Shown piece after piece: positions 24,512-31,811 of a stretch of DNA of 35,579 bases. The DNA is from Planctomycetales bacterium (GTDB taxonomy: Bacteria > Planctomycetota > SBBH01). Under the pieces are notes generated by a model. That model worked only from the letters and a program-made list of their open reading frames with translations, searched no databases and had not been told where the DNA came from. How positions within the stretch are numbered: the first letter of the stretch is position 1; each line of letters starts with the position of its first letter. The stretch covers positions 1-35,579 of the forward strand of contig SBBH01000113.1 of assembly GCA_005239795.1 (NCBI GenBank), in the 5' to 3' direction. The position numbers and the translations under genes were made by a program.

Positions 24512-26530
24512 TCACCCCAGCTGATCCGTGAAGGACCCGATCGCGGACGCCCTCAGATGTTTGGCCAGGATCTCCTCGACCAGCTCCGTGAACTCTCGTT
24601 CGCTGACAGGGTCATCCTTCAGACGGTCGCCTAGGAAGCGCAGCCGCCCGGTCTGGCGGTCCGTCGAAAGTTCCAGGATCTTCGCGACCCGCGTGAGGGC
24701 CCCCTCCGGACCGATCAGGAGATCGCGCACCCCGGCGCGCTCCCGAGTCAGGGCCTTCCGGAAGAGATCCGCATCGAAGTGGACCAAGCCGTCCGCCTCG
24801 TCGACAATGCCGATTGACTCCAAGGAGTTGGCCGGCGTGCGCGGCGCGGCAATGCGGTCGAAGACACGGCTCAGCCCCTGGCGCAGATGGGTCACGAGAA
24901 CCTCCAACTGAAGCTCGTGGATGGTCAGGCGCTTGGGGTCCCGCTCGGCCTGGACGCCGACAGCGGTGAGCTGGGGATTGTCCTCCACCTCAGAGCCGAT
25001 CTCCTGGCGGATGCGGCTGACGGTGGGCTCCTCGTCGAAAATCCCTCCGCGCACGAGAAAACCATTCAGGAGACCCAATGTCTTGTTGTACTGGTCGATG
25101 AACCGCGAGATCTGGTCGACCAAGGGATCGAAAAAGCGGTCCACCGTCACCGTGCTCTTCCCCTCGCCCAGAAGCGTCAGGCGAACCGACGGGATCGCCC
25201 CGTCCACTGTGTTGGACGGTGACTTCTTCTCCTGTCCGTCGACAGTGAACGCCGCGTCCCGGGAAGCCACAAGCAGCGTCTTGGGGACCAGCTCGAGGTT
25301 GGCATCGCGCGTCAAAAGGCCGATCTCCTGAAGAATCCCATCTGGATCCTCGAATTCCAGTGTCACGTCGGCCGCCGGCGCTGTGATGACCAAGCGGTTT
25401 CCCTCCAGGCGCGCCCTAATCCCAAGACGGGAAACGCCCCCATCCAAAGTAAAATCGAAATCGCGGTCTTCTGAGATGTCGAGGCGGCCGTTGTAGTTCA
25501 AGTCCTCTCCCGTATCGAGGACCCCGTCGCCATCCTCATCTTCTGCCGTGTCGAGGACACCGTTCCCGTTGGCGTCCTCACCGTGGTTCAAGGTCCGGCT
25601 GAAGTTCCGGTCTTCCGCGTTGTTGAGGCGGCCGTCTTCGTTGACGTCCTCCCCAAAGTTGATCCGGCGCATGATTGCGCCCAGGCCGTCGGTCTCCTGA
25701 ATCAGGATGACGACTCCATTAATCGAAAATTCTCCCAAAAGGTCGAGCGCTGCCGCGCCGTTGCCGACGGGATCGGAAACGATCGACGCCCCCGAGGCCA
25801 GCTCCAGGACCGACACCGCCGACGTCTCCAGGCCCTCGGCGAAGGCGCCTGACGGAAGGGGGCTTGCCGAAAGCAGATCGCCGTCTCCCACGCGGACGCG
25901 GCGTCCCTCGAAGAGTGCGTCATCCTGAATCTCGCGCAAACGACTCAAAAGCGATGTCAAGCTCTCCTCCAAGCGCGGGATCTCGAACCGGCGGGAGTCG
26001 GCGACAGGCCCCTGCAATTCCCGCAGGGCCTGGAGGATCCCGTCGCGGTTCGCCTCGAGGACCTCTCTGCGCGCCTGCTCCACCCTCAAGCGCGAGGCGA
26101 AAGCGTCGAAAACCGCGAACTGCGGCAGGATCCGGCGCCCCTGTCCGAAAAATATGGCCGATTGGGCCAGGAAAGCGCGGCGCACGTCGCTCACGAAGGC
26201 GAGCTCCTTGAGAAGCGTCGTGCGGCCCGCGGCGTCCTCGAGCACCGTCGTCGTCTCGCCGCCCGTCGCGATGACCCGCCCGTCGGAGCTGATCGCGGTG
26301 TGGATCGTGACGCGCTGGCCCGTGACGGAGAAATCCTGCCCGTGGCGCTTGGCCGCCAGGCGCTGGAAGGCGGTGTGCTGGCGCTCGAAGGCGTAGACCT
26401 GAATGATGCTGTTGCTCTTGCGAGCCGAGGGAGGGCGGCTCGCGCCCGATTCGCCAATGGGAACCCGGTAGCCGATCGGCCCGGCGAGCTCCGCTTTTTC
26501 CTCGTCCCCCCGGCGGCGCTTGACGCGCAA
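24512..26530 (-). CDS. FliD C-terminal-domain-like (filament-cap-like) protein with acidic Ca-binding-type repeats
   Basis: AAFTVDGQEKKSPSNTVDGAIPSVRLTLLGEGKSTVTVDRFFDPLVDQISRFIDQYNKTL..IGIVDEADGLVHFDADLFRKAL parallels the FliD core and C-terminal region. Insert DVNEDGRLNNAEDRN..DANGNGVLDTAEDEDGDGVLDTGEDLNYNGRLDISED. TTG start with GGGGGG SD-like run 4 nt upstream. Confidence 0.6.
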   Translation of the reverse strand: MRVKRRRGDEEKAELAGPIGYRVPIGESGASRPPSARKSNSIIQVYAFERQHTAFQRLAAKRHGQDFSVTGQRVTIHTAISSDGRVIATGGETTTVLEDAAGRTTLLKELAFVSDVRRAFLAQSAIFFGQGRRILPQFAVFDAFASRLRVEQARREVLEANRDGILQALRELQGPVADSRRFEIPRLEESLTSLLSRLREIQDDALFEGRRVRVGDGDLLSASPLPSGAFAEGLETSAVSVLELASGASIVSDPVGNGAAALDLLGEFSINGVVILIQETDGLGAIMRRINFGEDVNEDGRLNNAEDRNFSRTLNHGEDANGNGVLDTAEDEDGDGVLDTGEDLNYNGRLDISEDRDFDFTLDGGVSRLGIRARLEGNRLVITAPAADVTLEFEDPDGILQEIGLLTRDANLELVPKTLLVASRDAAFTVDGQEKKSPSNTVDGAIPSVRLTLLGEGKSTVTVDRFFDPLVDQISRFIDQYNKTLGLLNGFLVRGGIFDEEPTVSRIRQEIGSEVEDNPQLTAVGVQAERDPKRLTIHELQLEVLVTHLRQGLSRVFDRIAAPRTPANSLESIGIVDEADGLVHFDADLFRKALTRERAGVRDLLIGPEGALTRVAKILELSTDRQTGRLRFLGDRLKDDPVSEREFTELVEEILAKHLRASAIGSFTDQLG

Positions 26531-26612
26531 GTATCCCCCCTTTTTCCCTCAAGCCCGGGGGGAAAAGGACCGATGGAAGGGGGGATTTAAAGACGTCTTA
26601 AAACGGTCTTAC

Positions 26613-26689
26613 CCCGCATCGAACCCTCTGTGAGCCCCCCTCACAGACCTTCCAGCGGCTAAACCCGCCCTCGATGCGGGTTTTTTATT
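26613..26689 (+). terminator. Multi-stem RNA element ending in a U-tract (orphan intrinsic-terminator-like structure; candidate sRNA 3' end or leader attenuator)
   Basis: Perfect 10-bp outer stem CCCGCATCGA (26613-22) / TCGATGCGGG (26671-80), then TTTTTTATT. Inner hairpins CTGTGAG-CCCCC-CTCACAG (26628-46) and GCGG-CTAAAC-CCGC (26655-68). Confidence 0.5.
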
Positions 26690-26742
26690 CCCCCTCAAAA
26701 ATTACTCTATGCCATCTCCTCCCCTTGTCAAGATAACACCCC

Positions 26743-26771
26743 TTCACACTAGATCATAAATCAATTATTTA
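26743..26771 (+). promoter_or_regulatory. Candidate sigma70-type promoter for pcp in an AT-rich patch
   Basis: TTCACA (26743-48), 17 nt spacer, TATTTA (26766-71), about 65 nt upstream of ATG 26836. Weak -10 match. Confidence 0.3.
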
Positions 26772-26835
26772 AAAGTTTTGTGTTATTTTAAGAAGAAAAA
26801 CATCGACGCGAACATTTTTCACCTTGGACGGTTTC

Positions 26836-27627
26836 ATGAAAGAGCGATATTGTCGTCTCCTTATGTGGCGCCGAAAAATATTTCTGGCGGCCCTGGCCGG
26901 ACTCCTGACGGGGTTGGTTTTCCTTCTCCCGGCAGCCCCAGAGGAAAAGACTCCTGCGTCTGCGGAACATCCCCCCCGGCTTCTGCTGACCGGATTCGCC
27001 CCGTTCGGCGGAAAACCCCGCAACGTCTCCTGGGACGCAATCGCTCCCCTGGATGGAAAGAGCGTGGACGGCGTCAAGGTGCATTGCCTAGAGCTCCCCG
27101 TGGAATGGGGCAAGATCCAGGAGCCCCTCTCCAAGGCAATGGACGCCTGGCAACCGCAAGGGGTCCTCTGCCTGGGTGAAGGGCTCTCCAATACGATCTC
27201 CATCGAGACCGTGGCGAAAAACGAGGTAAAGCCGAACCCAGACAACGCCCGGCGGCTGCCGGGACGCAAGGTCGTCCGGGCGGACGCTCCTGAGAGCTAC
27301 GCGACGGCCCTTCCCGTGCAGAAAATCCAAGAAGGGCTTGAAGAGAAGGAAACGGGGTTCCGGGTTGTTCGTTCCAAGAGCGCCGGCCGTTACCTCTGCG
27401 AGGAATGCTTTTTCACACTCATGCACCTGGGGACGATGCGCTTCGCCGCAGGCCAGCCGCACGGCTTCGTCCATCTCCCCCCCTATCCCAGCCAGAGCAC
27501 GCCAAATCAGCAAAAGGCGCACGAAACAAAAGTCCGCGACGTGGTGCTTGTAATCATCCGGGTCATGATCCAAGAGCATCCCGACCTTTTCGCGCTTCCG
27601 GCCGAAACAGCCGCCCAGCCGCAGTAG
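26836..27627 (+). CDS. pcp: Pyroglutamyl-peptidase I (peptidase C15) with an N-terminal hydrophobic signal/anchor
   Basis: LLLTGFAPFGG, LCLGEG, SAGRYLCEECFF (catalytic Cys context), HGFVHLP. N-terminus MKERYCRLLMWRRKIFLAALAGLLTGLVFLLPA. ORF-track TTG 26824 is trimmed to ATG 26836. Confidence 0.85.
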   Translation: MKERYCRLLMWRRKIFLAALAGLLTGLVFLLPAAPEEKTPASAEHPPRLLLTGFAPFGGKPRNVSWDAIAPLDGKSVDGVKVHCLELPVEWGKIQEPLSKAMDAWQPQGVLCLGEGLSNTISIETVAKNEVKPNPDNARRLPGRKVVRADAPESYATALPVQKIQEGLEEKETGFRVVRSKSAGRYLCEECFFTLMHLGTMRFAAGQPHGFVHLPPYPSQSTPNQQKAHETKVRDVVLVIIRVMIQEHPDLFALPAETAAQPQ

Positions 27628-28446
27628 ATGCCGAAGCTTCCCCTCAACCGCCGCTCCTTCCGGCAGACGCTCCAACGCTACGACAGCGCCGTGGAGCGGA
27701 AGATCCGGGATTTGAACGCCGCTCGAGGGGAGCCGGCGACGCGCCGGGAGGTGAATGCCTTTTTCAAGCGGGAGCTTGCGCGCCTCGGACGCTTCGAGCA
27801 CGCCATCGACCTCGGGTGCAACACCGGCGATTTTGCACGCGCGGTGCTGGCCCCCCGGTGCCGGGAGTTGATCCTCGTCGATTTTTCGGCGAAGGCGCTC
27901 GCCCGCGCCAGGGCCACAGTCACTTCTCCCAAAGGTGGAAATCATCCGCCGTCCGTGACTCGTGGATCGTGGATCGTGGATCGCGAACAGTCACTGCGCC
28001 GGCGAACCACGCGCCACGAACCACGAACCACAAAAAGCCTCTCGTCTATTCCGCTGGCGGTCTCTTTCCTGCAAGCCGACCTCACCCGCGACTGGGCCAA
28101 GATCGCCTCGGTGGGGCCGTTCGATCTTGTGACTCTTTGCGAGGTGATCCAGCATATTCCCGATGCAGTGAAGCGGCGCCTTGTCTTTGCCCGCGCGGCG
28201 CGCCTCGTCAAGCGCGGCGGGCTTTTCCTCTTCTCGCACTATGCGCGGGTGCCCGGAGAACCGGCCGAAGGATTCTTCCACTCGCCGCATTACCGACATC
28301 TCCTCTACTACCACTCTGCGCAGGCGGGCCAGATCGAGCGATGGGCGAATCGGGACGGACTCCTCATCCTCAGGCACGCGCGCCTCGGCCCCGTCAACGC
28401 CTTCCTCATGAAGAAGGGGCCGTCCGGAAATAACTGCTGTGTCTGA
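27628..28446 (+). CDS. Class I SAM-dependent methyltransferase carrying an approximately 40-aa repeat-encoded insertion
   Basis: Motif I AIDLGCNTGDF, motif II LILVDFS, then VSFLQADL and FDLVTLCEVIQHI, GGLFLFS. The ATG directly abuts the pcp stop (TAGATG). Confidence 0.8.
   Translation: MPKLPLNRRSFRQTLQRYDSAVERKIRDLNAARGEPATRREVNAFFKRELARLGRFEHAIDLGCNTGDFARAVLAPRCRELILVDFSAKALARARATVTSPKGGNHPPSVTRGSWIVDREQSLRRRTTRHEPRTTKSLSSIPLAVSFLQADLTRDWAKIASVGPFDLVTLCEVIQHIPDAVKRRLVFARAARLVKRGGLFLFSHYARVPGEPAEGFFHSPHYRHLLYYHSAQAGQIERWANRDGLLILRHARLGPVNAFLMKKGPSGNNCCV
27954..28030. repeat. Heptad array pair inside the methyltransferase CDS: CGTGACT CGTGGAT x3 (27954-81), 21-nt spacer, CGAACCA CGCGCCA CGAACCA CGAACCA (28003-30)
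   Basis: Read directly; 11 phased units. About 23/29 positions are complementary. Translated in frame as ..SVTRGSWIVDREQSLRRRTTRHEPRTT.. Confidence 0.85.
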
Positions 28447-28477
28447 TAGAATCGATCGATTATGTTCGCGCGAGTCC

Positions 28478-29275
28478 TTAGCTTCCTGTCGAGTGATACC
28501 TTCGGATTCCGGCGCGCCAGACGAGGCCCGCCATCAGCGCAAAAACCACGGCGACCACCGGCGTCAAAAGCGCGACCTGGCGCGTCCCGTCTCCCCAGCG
28601 CTCTCCCGCGATCAAAAGCCCTGCCGGGTAGTATCCGATGAACGCGAAGGGGATCACAGTTTGCAGGAGGATCCGGACAGCCGGGTGGAAGATCTCGATC
28701 GGATATCGCCCGAAAACGATGCAGTTGAAGACCGGGGGCTGTATCCCCAGGCGGTCCTCGAACCAGAAGTTGACACAGGTCAACACAAGAAAAACCGAGG
28801 TGATGATGACGCCCCCTGAGAGAGCTAGAAGCGCCGCTGCCGCCGCGTGACCCACCGTCCAATCGACAGGGAGCCTGGCCCCCGACCAGGCGACCAGGGC
28901 CCCGCCGACCATGATCTCGGTCACGGCCAGCGGATTGAAGCTGTGCAGGAGCACCTGGAGGAACGGCGAGAACGGCCGCAACAGCACCTGGTCGAACCGC
29001 CCCTCGATCAAGTACTCCTCGCTGAAGCGATAAAGGCTCTCGGCGAAGAATTCGAGGACCCCCACCGAGATCATCGAGAATCCGTAGATGAAAAGGATCG
29101 CGTCCCGCGGCCATCCGCCGATCGCTGTCACCCCCGCCCCGGCAAAGATGCCGGCCAGGAACGACAACCCCGCCGCTGAAACCATGAGATCCCCCAACAC
29201 CTGGGCCAGGAAATCCCATCGATAGGCCAGCCGTGCCTTGAGGTACTGCACAAGATACAGCCAGGCGATCCTCAA
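28478..29275 (-). CDS. ABC-2-type transporter permease (second permease)
   Basis: 265-aa multi-TM ORF. TTG start with AAGGAAGGA about 9 nt upstream. Paired with a paralogous permease and an ATPase. Confidence 0.75.
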   Translation of the reverse strand: MRIAWLYLVQYLKARLAYRWDFLAQVLGDLMVSAAGLSFLAGIFAGAGVTAIGGWPRDAILFIYGFSMISVGVLEFFAESLYRFSEEYLIEGRFDQVLLRPFSPFLQVLLHSFNPLAVTEIMVGGALVAWSGARLPVDWTVGHAAAAALLALSGGVIITSVFLVLTCVNFWFEDRLGIQPPVFNCIVFGRYPIEIFHPAVRILLQTVIPFAFIGYYPAGLLIAGERWGDGTRQVALLTPVVAVVFALMAGLVWRAGIRRYHSTGS

Positions 29276-29293
29276 GCCGCCTGTCCTTCCTTA

Positions 29294-29328
29294 CTCATGT
29301 CCCATGTCTCATGACCCATGACTCATGA
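29294..29328. repeat. Single heptad tract CTCATGT CCCATGT CTCATGA CCCATGA CTCATGA in the permease-permease spacer
   Basis: Read directly. 14-nt super-period. Each unit contains the self-complementary CATG, giving five AUGs on either strand. Confidence 0.8.
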
Positions 29329-29334
29329 CTTTCC

Positions 29335-30210
29335 TCATCCCCCCTGTATCGTGAGCCGCCGGATCGCCCGATGCCAACCCCAGATCCCCGTTCCCCACAG
29401 GAGGAGGCTCCAGAACGCCTGCCCAGCAAGCGCCGCCGGAACCGCCAGATCCGGGATCTTACCTAGGTAGACGAGCACCGGAACCTGGCTGATCCCGGCA
29501 AACGGGAGAAGCTCGAGAACCCGCGCCGCGGCTGGCGGGAAGAAGCTCAAGGGAATGAGAAGCCCCGAGAGAAGCTGGATCCCCACATGCTTGGCCCAGA
29601 TGAGCCCCTCCACGTTCTTCAGAGAAAAAGAAGCCAGGGCTACCAGGAAGTTGATACCGCTCATCAAGACGAGAGACAACGTGACGCTCACCAGGACCGC
29701 CAGGGCCTGCCGGCCGTCCGCCGGGAGGGGAATGCCGAACACCGCCCCCACCACCACGGCGATCGGAAGGGTAAAAAAAACAAGGCGGAAGGCCGATTCC
29801 CCCACGGCGCCAACGAGCTTGGCGACGGGGTAGTTGACGGGCCTCAGGAGCTGTGCGCCGATCCGGCCCTGGCGCACCTCGCCCGCCACCTCGCGGTCGA
29901 TGTTGTTAAAATAGAACGACCGCAGAATCCAGCCGACCGCGACGAAATTCATCATCTCGCCGACGCCAAAATCTCCCAGCCGCTCGGCTGGGCCGTAGAT
30001 CCCCTTCCACAAGAAGGAATAGGCCGCAATGTAGACGCTGTAGGTGAGAATGCCGGTGACGTAGCGCAGCCGGTAGGCCAGAATCTGCAAAAAAGCGATG
30101 CGGGCAAAAGCCCAATAGGACCGAAATGGGAAATGGGAAACGGGACATGAGATTGGCTTGCCCATCAGATTTTTCATTTCGCATTTCTCATTTCGCATTT
30201 CGGACGTCAC
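29335..30210 (-). CDS. ABC-2-type transporter permease (first permease)
   Basis: Multi-TM ORF (YRLRYVTGILTYSVYIAAYSFLWKGIY..). GTG 30210 overlaps the ATPase stop (GTGA). The alternative ATG 30165 lies in the loop of the heptad hairpin. Confidence 0.75.
   Translation of the reverse strand: MTSEMRNEKCEMKNLMGKPISCPVSHFPFRSYWAFARIAFLQILAYRLRYVTGILTYSVYIAAYSFLWKGIYGPAERLGDFGVGEMMNFVAVGWILRSFYFNNIDREVAGEVRQGRIGAQLLRPVNYPVAKLVGAVGESAFRLVFFTLPIAVVVGAVFGIPLPADGRQALAVLVSVTLSLVLMSGINFLVALASFSLKNVEGLIWAKHVGIQLLSGLLIPLSFFPPAAARVLELLPFAGISQVPVLVYLGKIPDLAVPAALAGQAFWSLLLWGTGIWGWHRAIRRLTIQGG
30122..30202. repeat. Heptad array pair: CGAAATG GGAAATG GGAAACG GGACATG (30122-49), 25-nt spacer, CATTTCG CATTTCT CATTTCG CATTTCG (30175-202)
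   Basis: Read directly. About 23/28 positions pair, including one G-U. Confidence 0.85.
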
Positions 30211-31202
30211 CGCCGTTCCTTTCCTTCGAGATAAATCTTTCTGATGATCTCCTCGATCGGTGTGGGAGCGACCGATAGGTCCGTCACGGGAAAGCGCGCC
30301 AGAAGCTCCCGCATCAGGGCCGGCACCCGGCGCCGCTCGACCTGGGCACGGAAGCGGTTGGCGCCCAGGGGCTCCCAGGCCGGAGTCTCGTCATCCGAGA
30401 AAGCCACCAGATCCCCGGGCGCCACCGCCTGGGCGAAATCGACGATGATCCGGGCCGCGCGGTCGTGACGGCGGCGGATCTCGGCCAGGGCTCCATCATA
30501 GAGGAGCCGGCCGTGGTCGATGATCATGACGCGCGGGCAGATCTCCTCGATATCCACCAGGTCGTGCGTCGTGAGGATCATCGTGGTCCCGAGGCGTTTG
30601 TTCGCCTCCTTGAGGAAGCTCCGCACCGCGGCCTTCGCGACGACATCGAGGCCGATCGTCGGCTCGTCCAGGAACAGGATTTTAGGCTCATGGATCAGGG
30701 CCGCCGCCAGGTCACAGCGCATCCGCTCGCCCAGCGAAAGCTTGCGCACGGGCGTCCGAAGATAGGCCCCGATGCCTAAGAGCTCGTCGAAGAAGGCGAG
30801 CCGCTTGCGATAGATATCCTTCGGCACGCCGTAGATCTCGGCCAAAAGCGTCAGAGATTCGGCGACCGCCAGGTCCCACCAGAGCCCGGTGCGCTGGCCA
30901 AAGACCGCGCCGATCGTGGCGACATAGCGGCGCCGCTCCTTCCAGGGGACGAATCCCCCCACCTCGACTGTCCCGGACGTCGGAACAAGGATCCCCGTAA
31001 GAACTTTCAGCGTCGTCGACTTCCCGGCGCCGTTGGGGCCGATGTAACCGACCATTTCGCCGGGCTTCACATGAAAACCGATCCCGTCCACCGCGCGCAC
31101 GGCCCGGGTCTGCCTGTGGAAAAGATCGCACACAGCTCCTAAGAGCCCCTCGCGGCGGTCGAAAACCTGGAATTCCTTGACGAGGTTCTCGACCCGGATC
31201 AT
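30207..31202 (-). CDS. ABC transporter ATP-binding protein
   Basis: Walker A GPNGAGKST, signature LSLGERMR, Walker B ILFLDEPT, H-loop TTHD. Confidence 0.9.
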   Translation of the reverse strand: MIRVENLVKEFQVFDRREGLLGAVCDLFHRQTRAVRAVDGIGFHVKPGEMVGYIGPNGAGKSTTLKVLTGILVPTSGTVEVGGFVPWKERRRYVATIGAVFGQRTGLWWDLAVAESLTLLAEIYGVPKDIYRKRLAFFDELLGIGAYLRTPVRKLSLGERMRCDLAAALIHEPKILFLDEPTIGLDVVAKAAVRSFLKEANKRLGTTMILTTHDLVDIEEICPRVMIIDHGRLLYDGALAEIRRRHDRAARIIVDFAQAVAPGDLVAFSDDETPAWEPLGANRFRAQVERRRVPALMRELLARFPVTDLSVAPTPIEEIIRKIYLEGKERR

Positions 31203-31234
31203 GGGGGAAGAATACAGAAGCCGGGAGCCGGGAG

Positions 31235-31807
31235 TCAGGGGATGTTGAGAGGCGTTAGAGGGAATCGGGCGAGTACCGTGTGGACGGCCCCTTCAGTGCC
31301 GAGCTCCGACTGGTAGAGAATCACCCCCTCCACGCGGTGGGTCCCCCTGGGCGGCGGCGGTGTAGATAGGATCGTCCGCACGTCGACAGGCCGTCCCTTC
31401 CCCTGGAGGCGCGCCAAAGTCAGGTGCGCCGTAAAAAATCTCTCCTCCAAGGGGACGGGAAAAGGGGCAAGCGCCCCGCGCAAAACGTCAGCCAGCCGCG
31501 CCAAGCTCCCCTCGGGGTCCGCGAGCCCCAACCACAGAATGCGGGCGCGCGCCGGACTCGGGAAGGCCCCCCATCCCGCCGTCGACACGGAAAACGCCGG
31601 ACGCCCGGCGGCGGCCTTCGTGAGAACGAGCGTCATCGGAAGCACCTGCTCCCGAGCCACCTCGCCCAGGAACAACAGCGTCAGATGCACCGCTTCGGGC
31701 GCGGTCCAGCGGAATGCGGCGCCCCCCTGGCTTTTCAGGAGGCGCTGGGCCTGGGTGACGATCGATGAAACCGGAGGGACGAACTCGGCCGCAAGAAAGA
31801 CCCTCAT
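31235..31807 (-). CDS. thpR: RNA 2',3'-cyclic phosphodiesterase (2H phosphoesterase, ThpR/LigT family)
   Basis: Two H-x-T-x motifs: HLTLLFLG and HLTLARL. 190 aa. Confidence 0.8.
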   Translation of the reverse strand: MRVFLAAEFVPPVSSIVTQAQRLLKSQGGAAFRWTAPEAVHLTLLFLGEVAREQVLPMTLVLTKAAAGRPAFSVSTAGWGAFPSPARARILWLGLADPEGSLARLADVLRGALAPFPVPLEERFFTAHLTLARLQGKGRPVDVRTILSTPPPPRGTHRVEGVILYQSELGTEGAVHTVLARFPLTPLNIP

Positions 31808-31811
31808 TGCA

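Noticed and set aside
26629-26645. CRP/FNR-type operator TGTGA-N-TCACA
   Set aside because: The half-site spacing is 7 nt rather than 6. The motif forms the stem of a hairpin nested in a larger RNA-like structure, so an RNA role seems more likely.
26531-26700. Sigma28 (TAAA-N15-GCCGATAA) promoter upstream of the FliD-like gene
   Set aside because: No acceptable match found on the minus strand. The only CCGAT string is on the plus strand without an upstream TAAA.
26709-26759. 16-codon mini-ORF (MPSPPLVKITPLHTRS) as a leader peptide for pcp
   Set aside because: No SD, no regulatory codon run, and no terminator/antiterminator alternative downstream of it.
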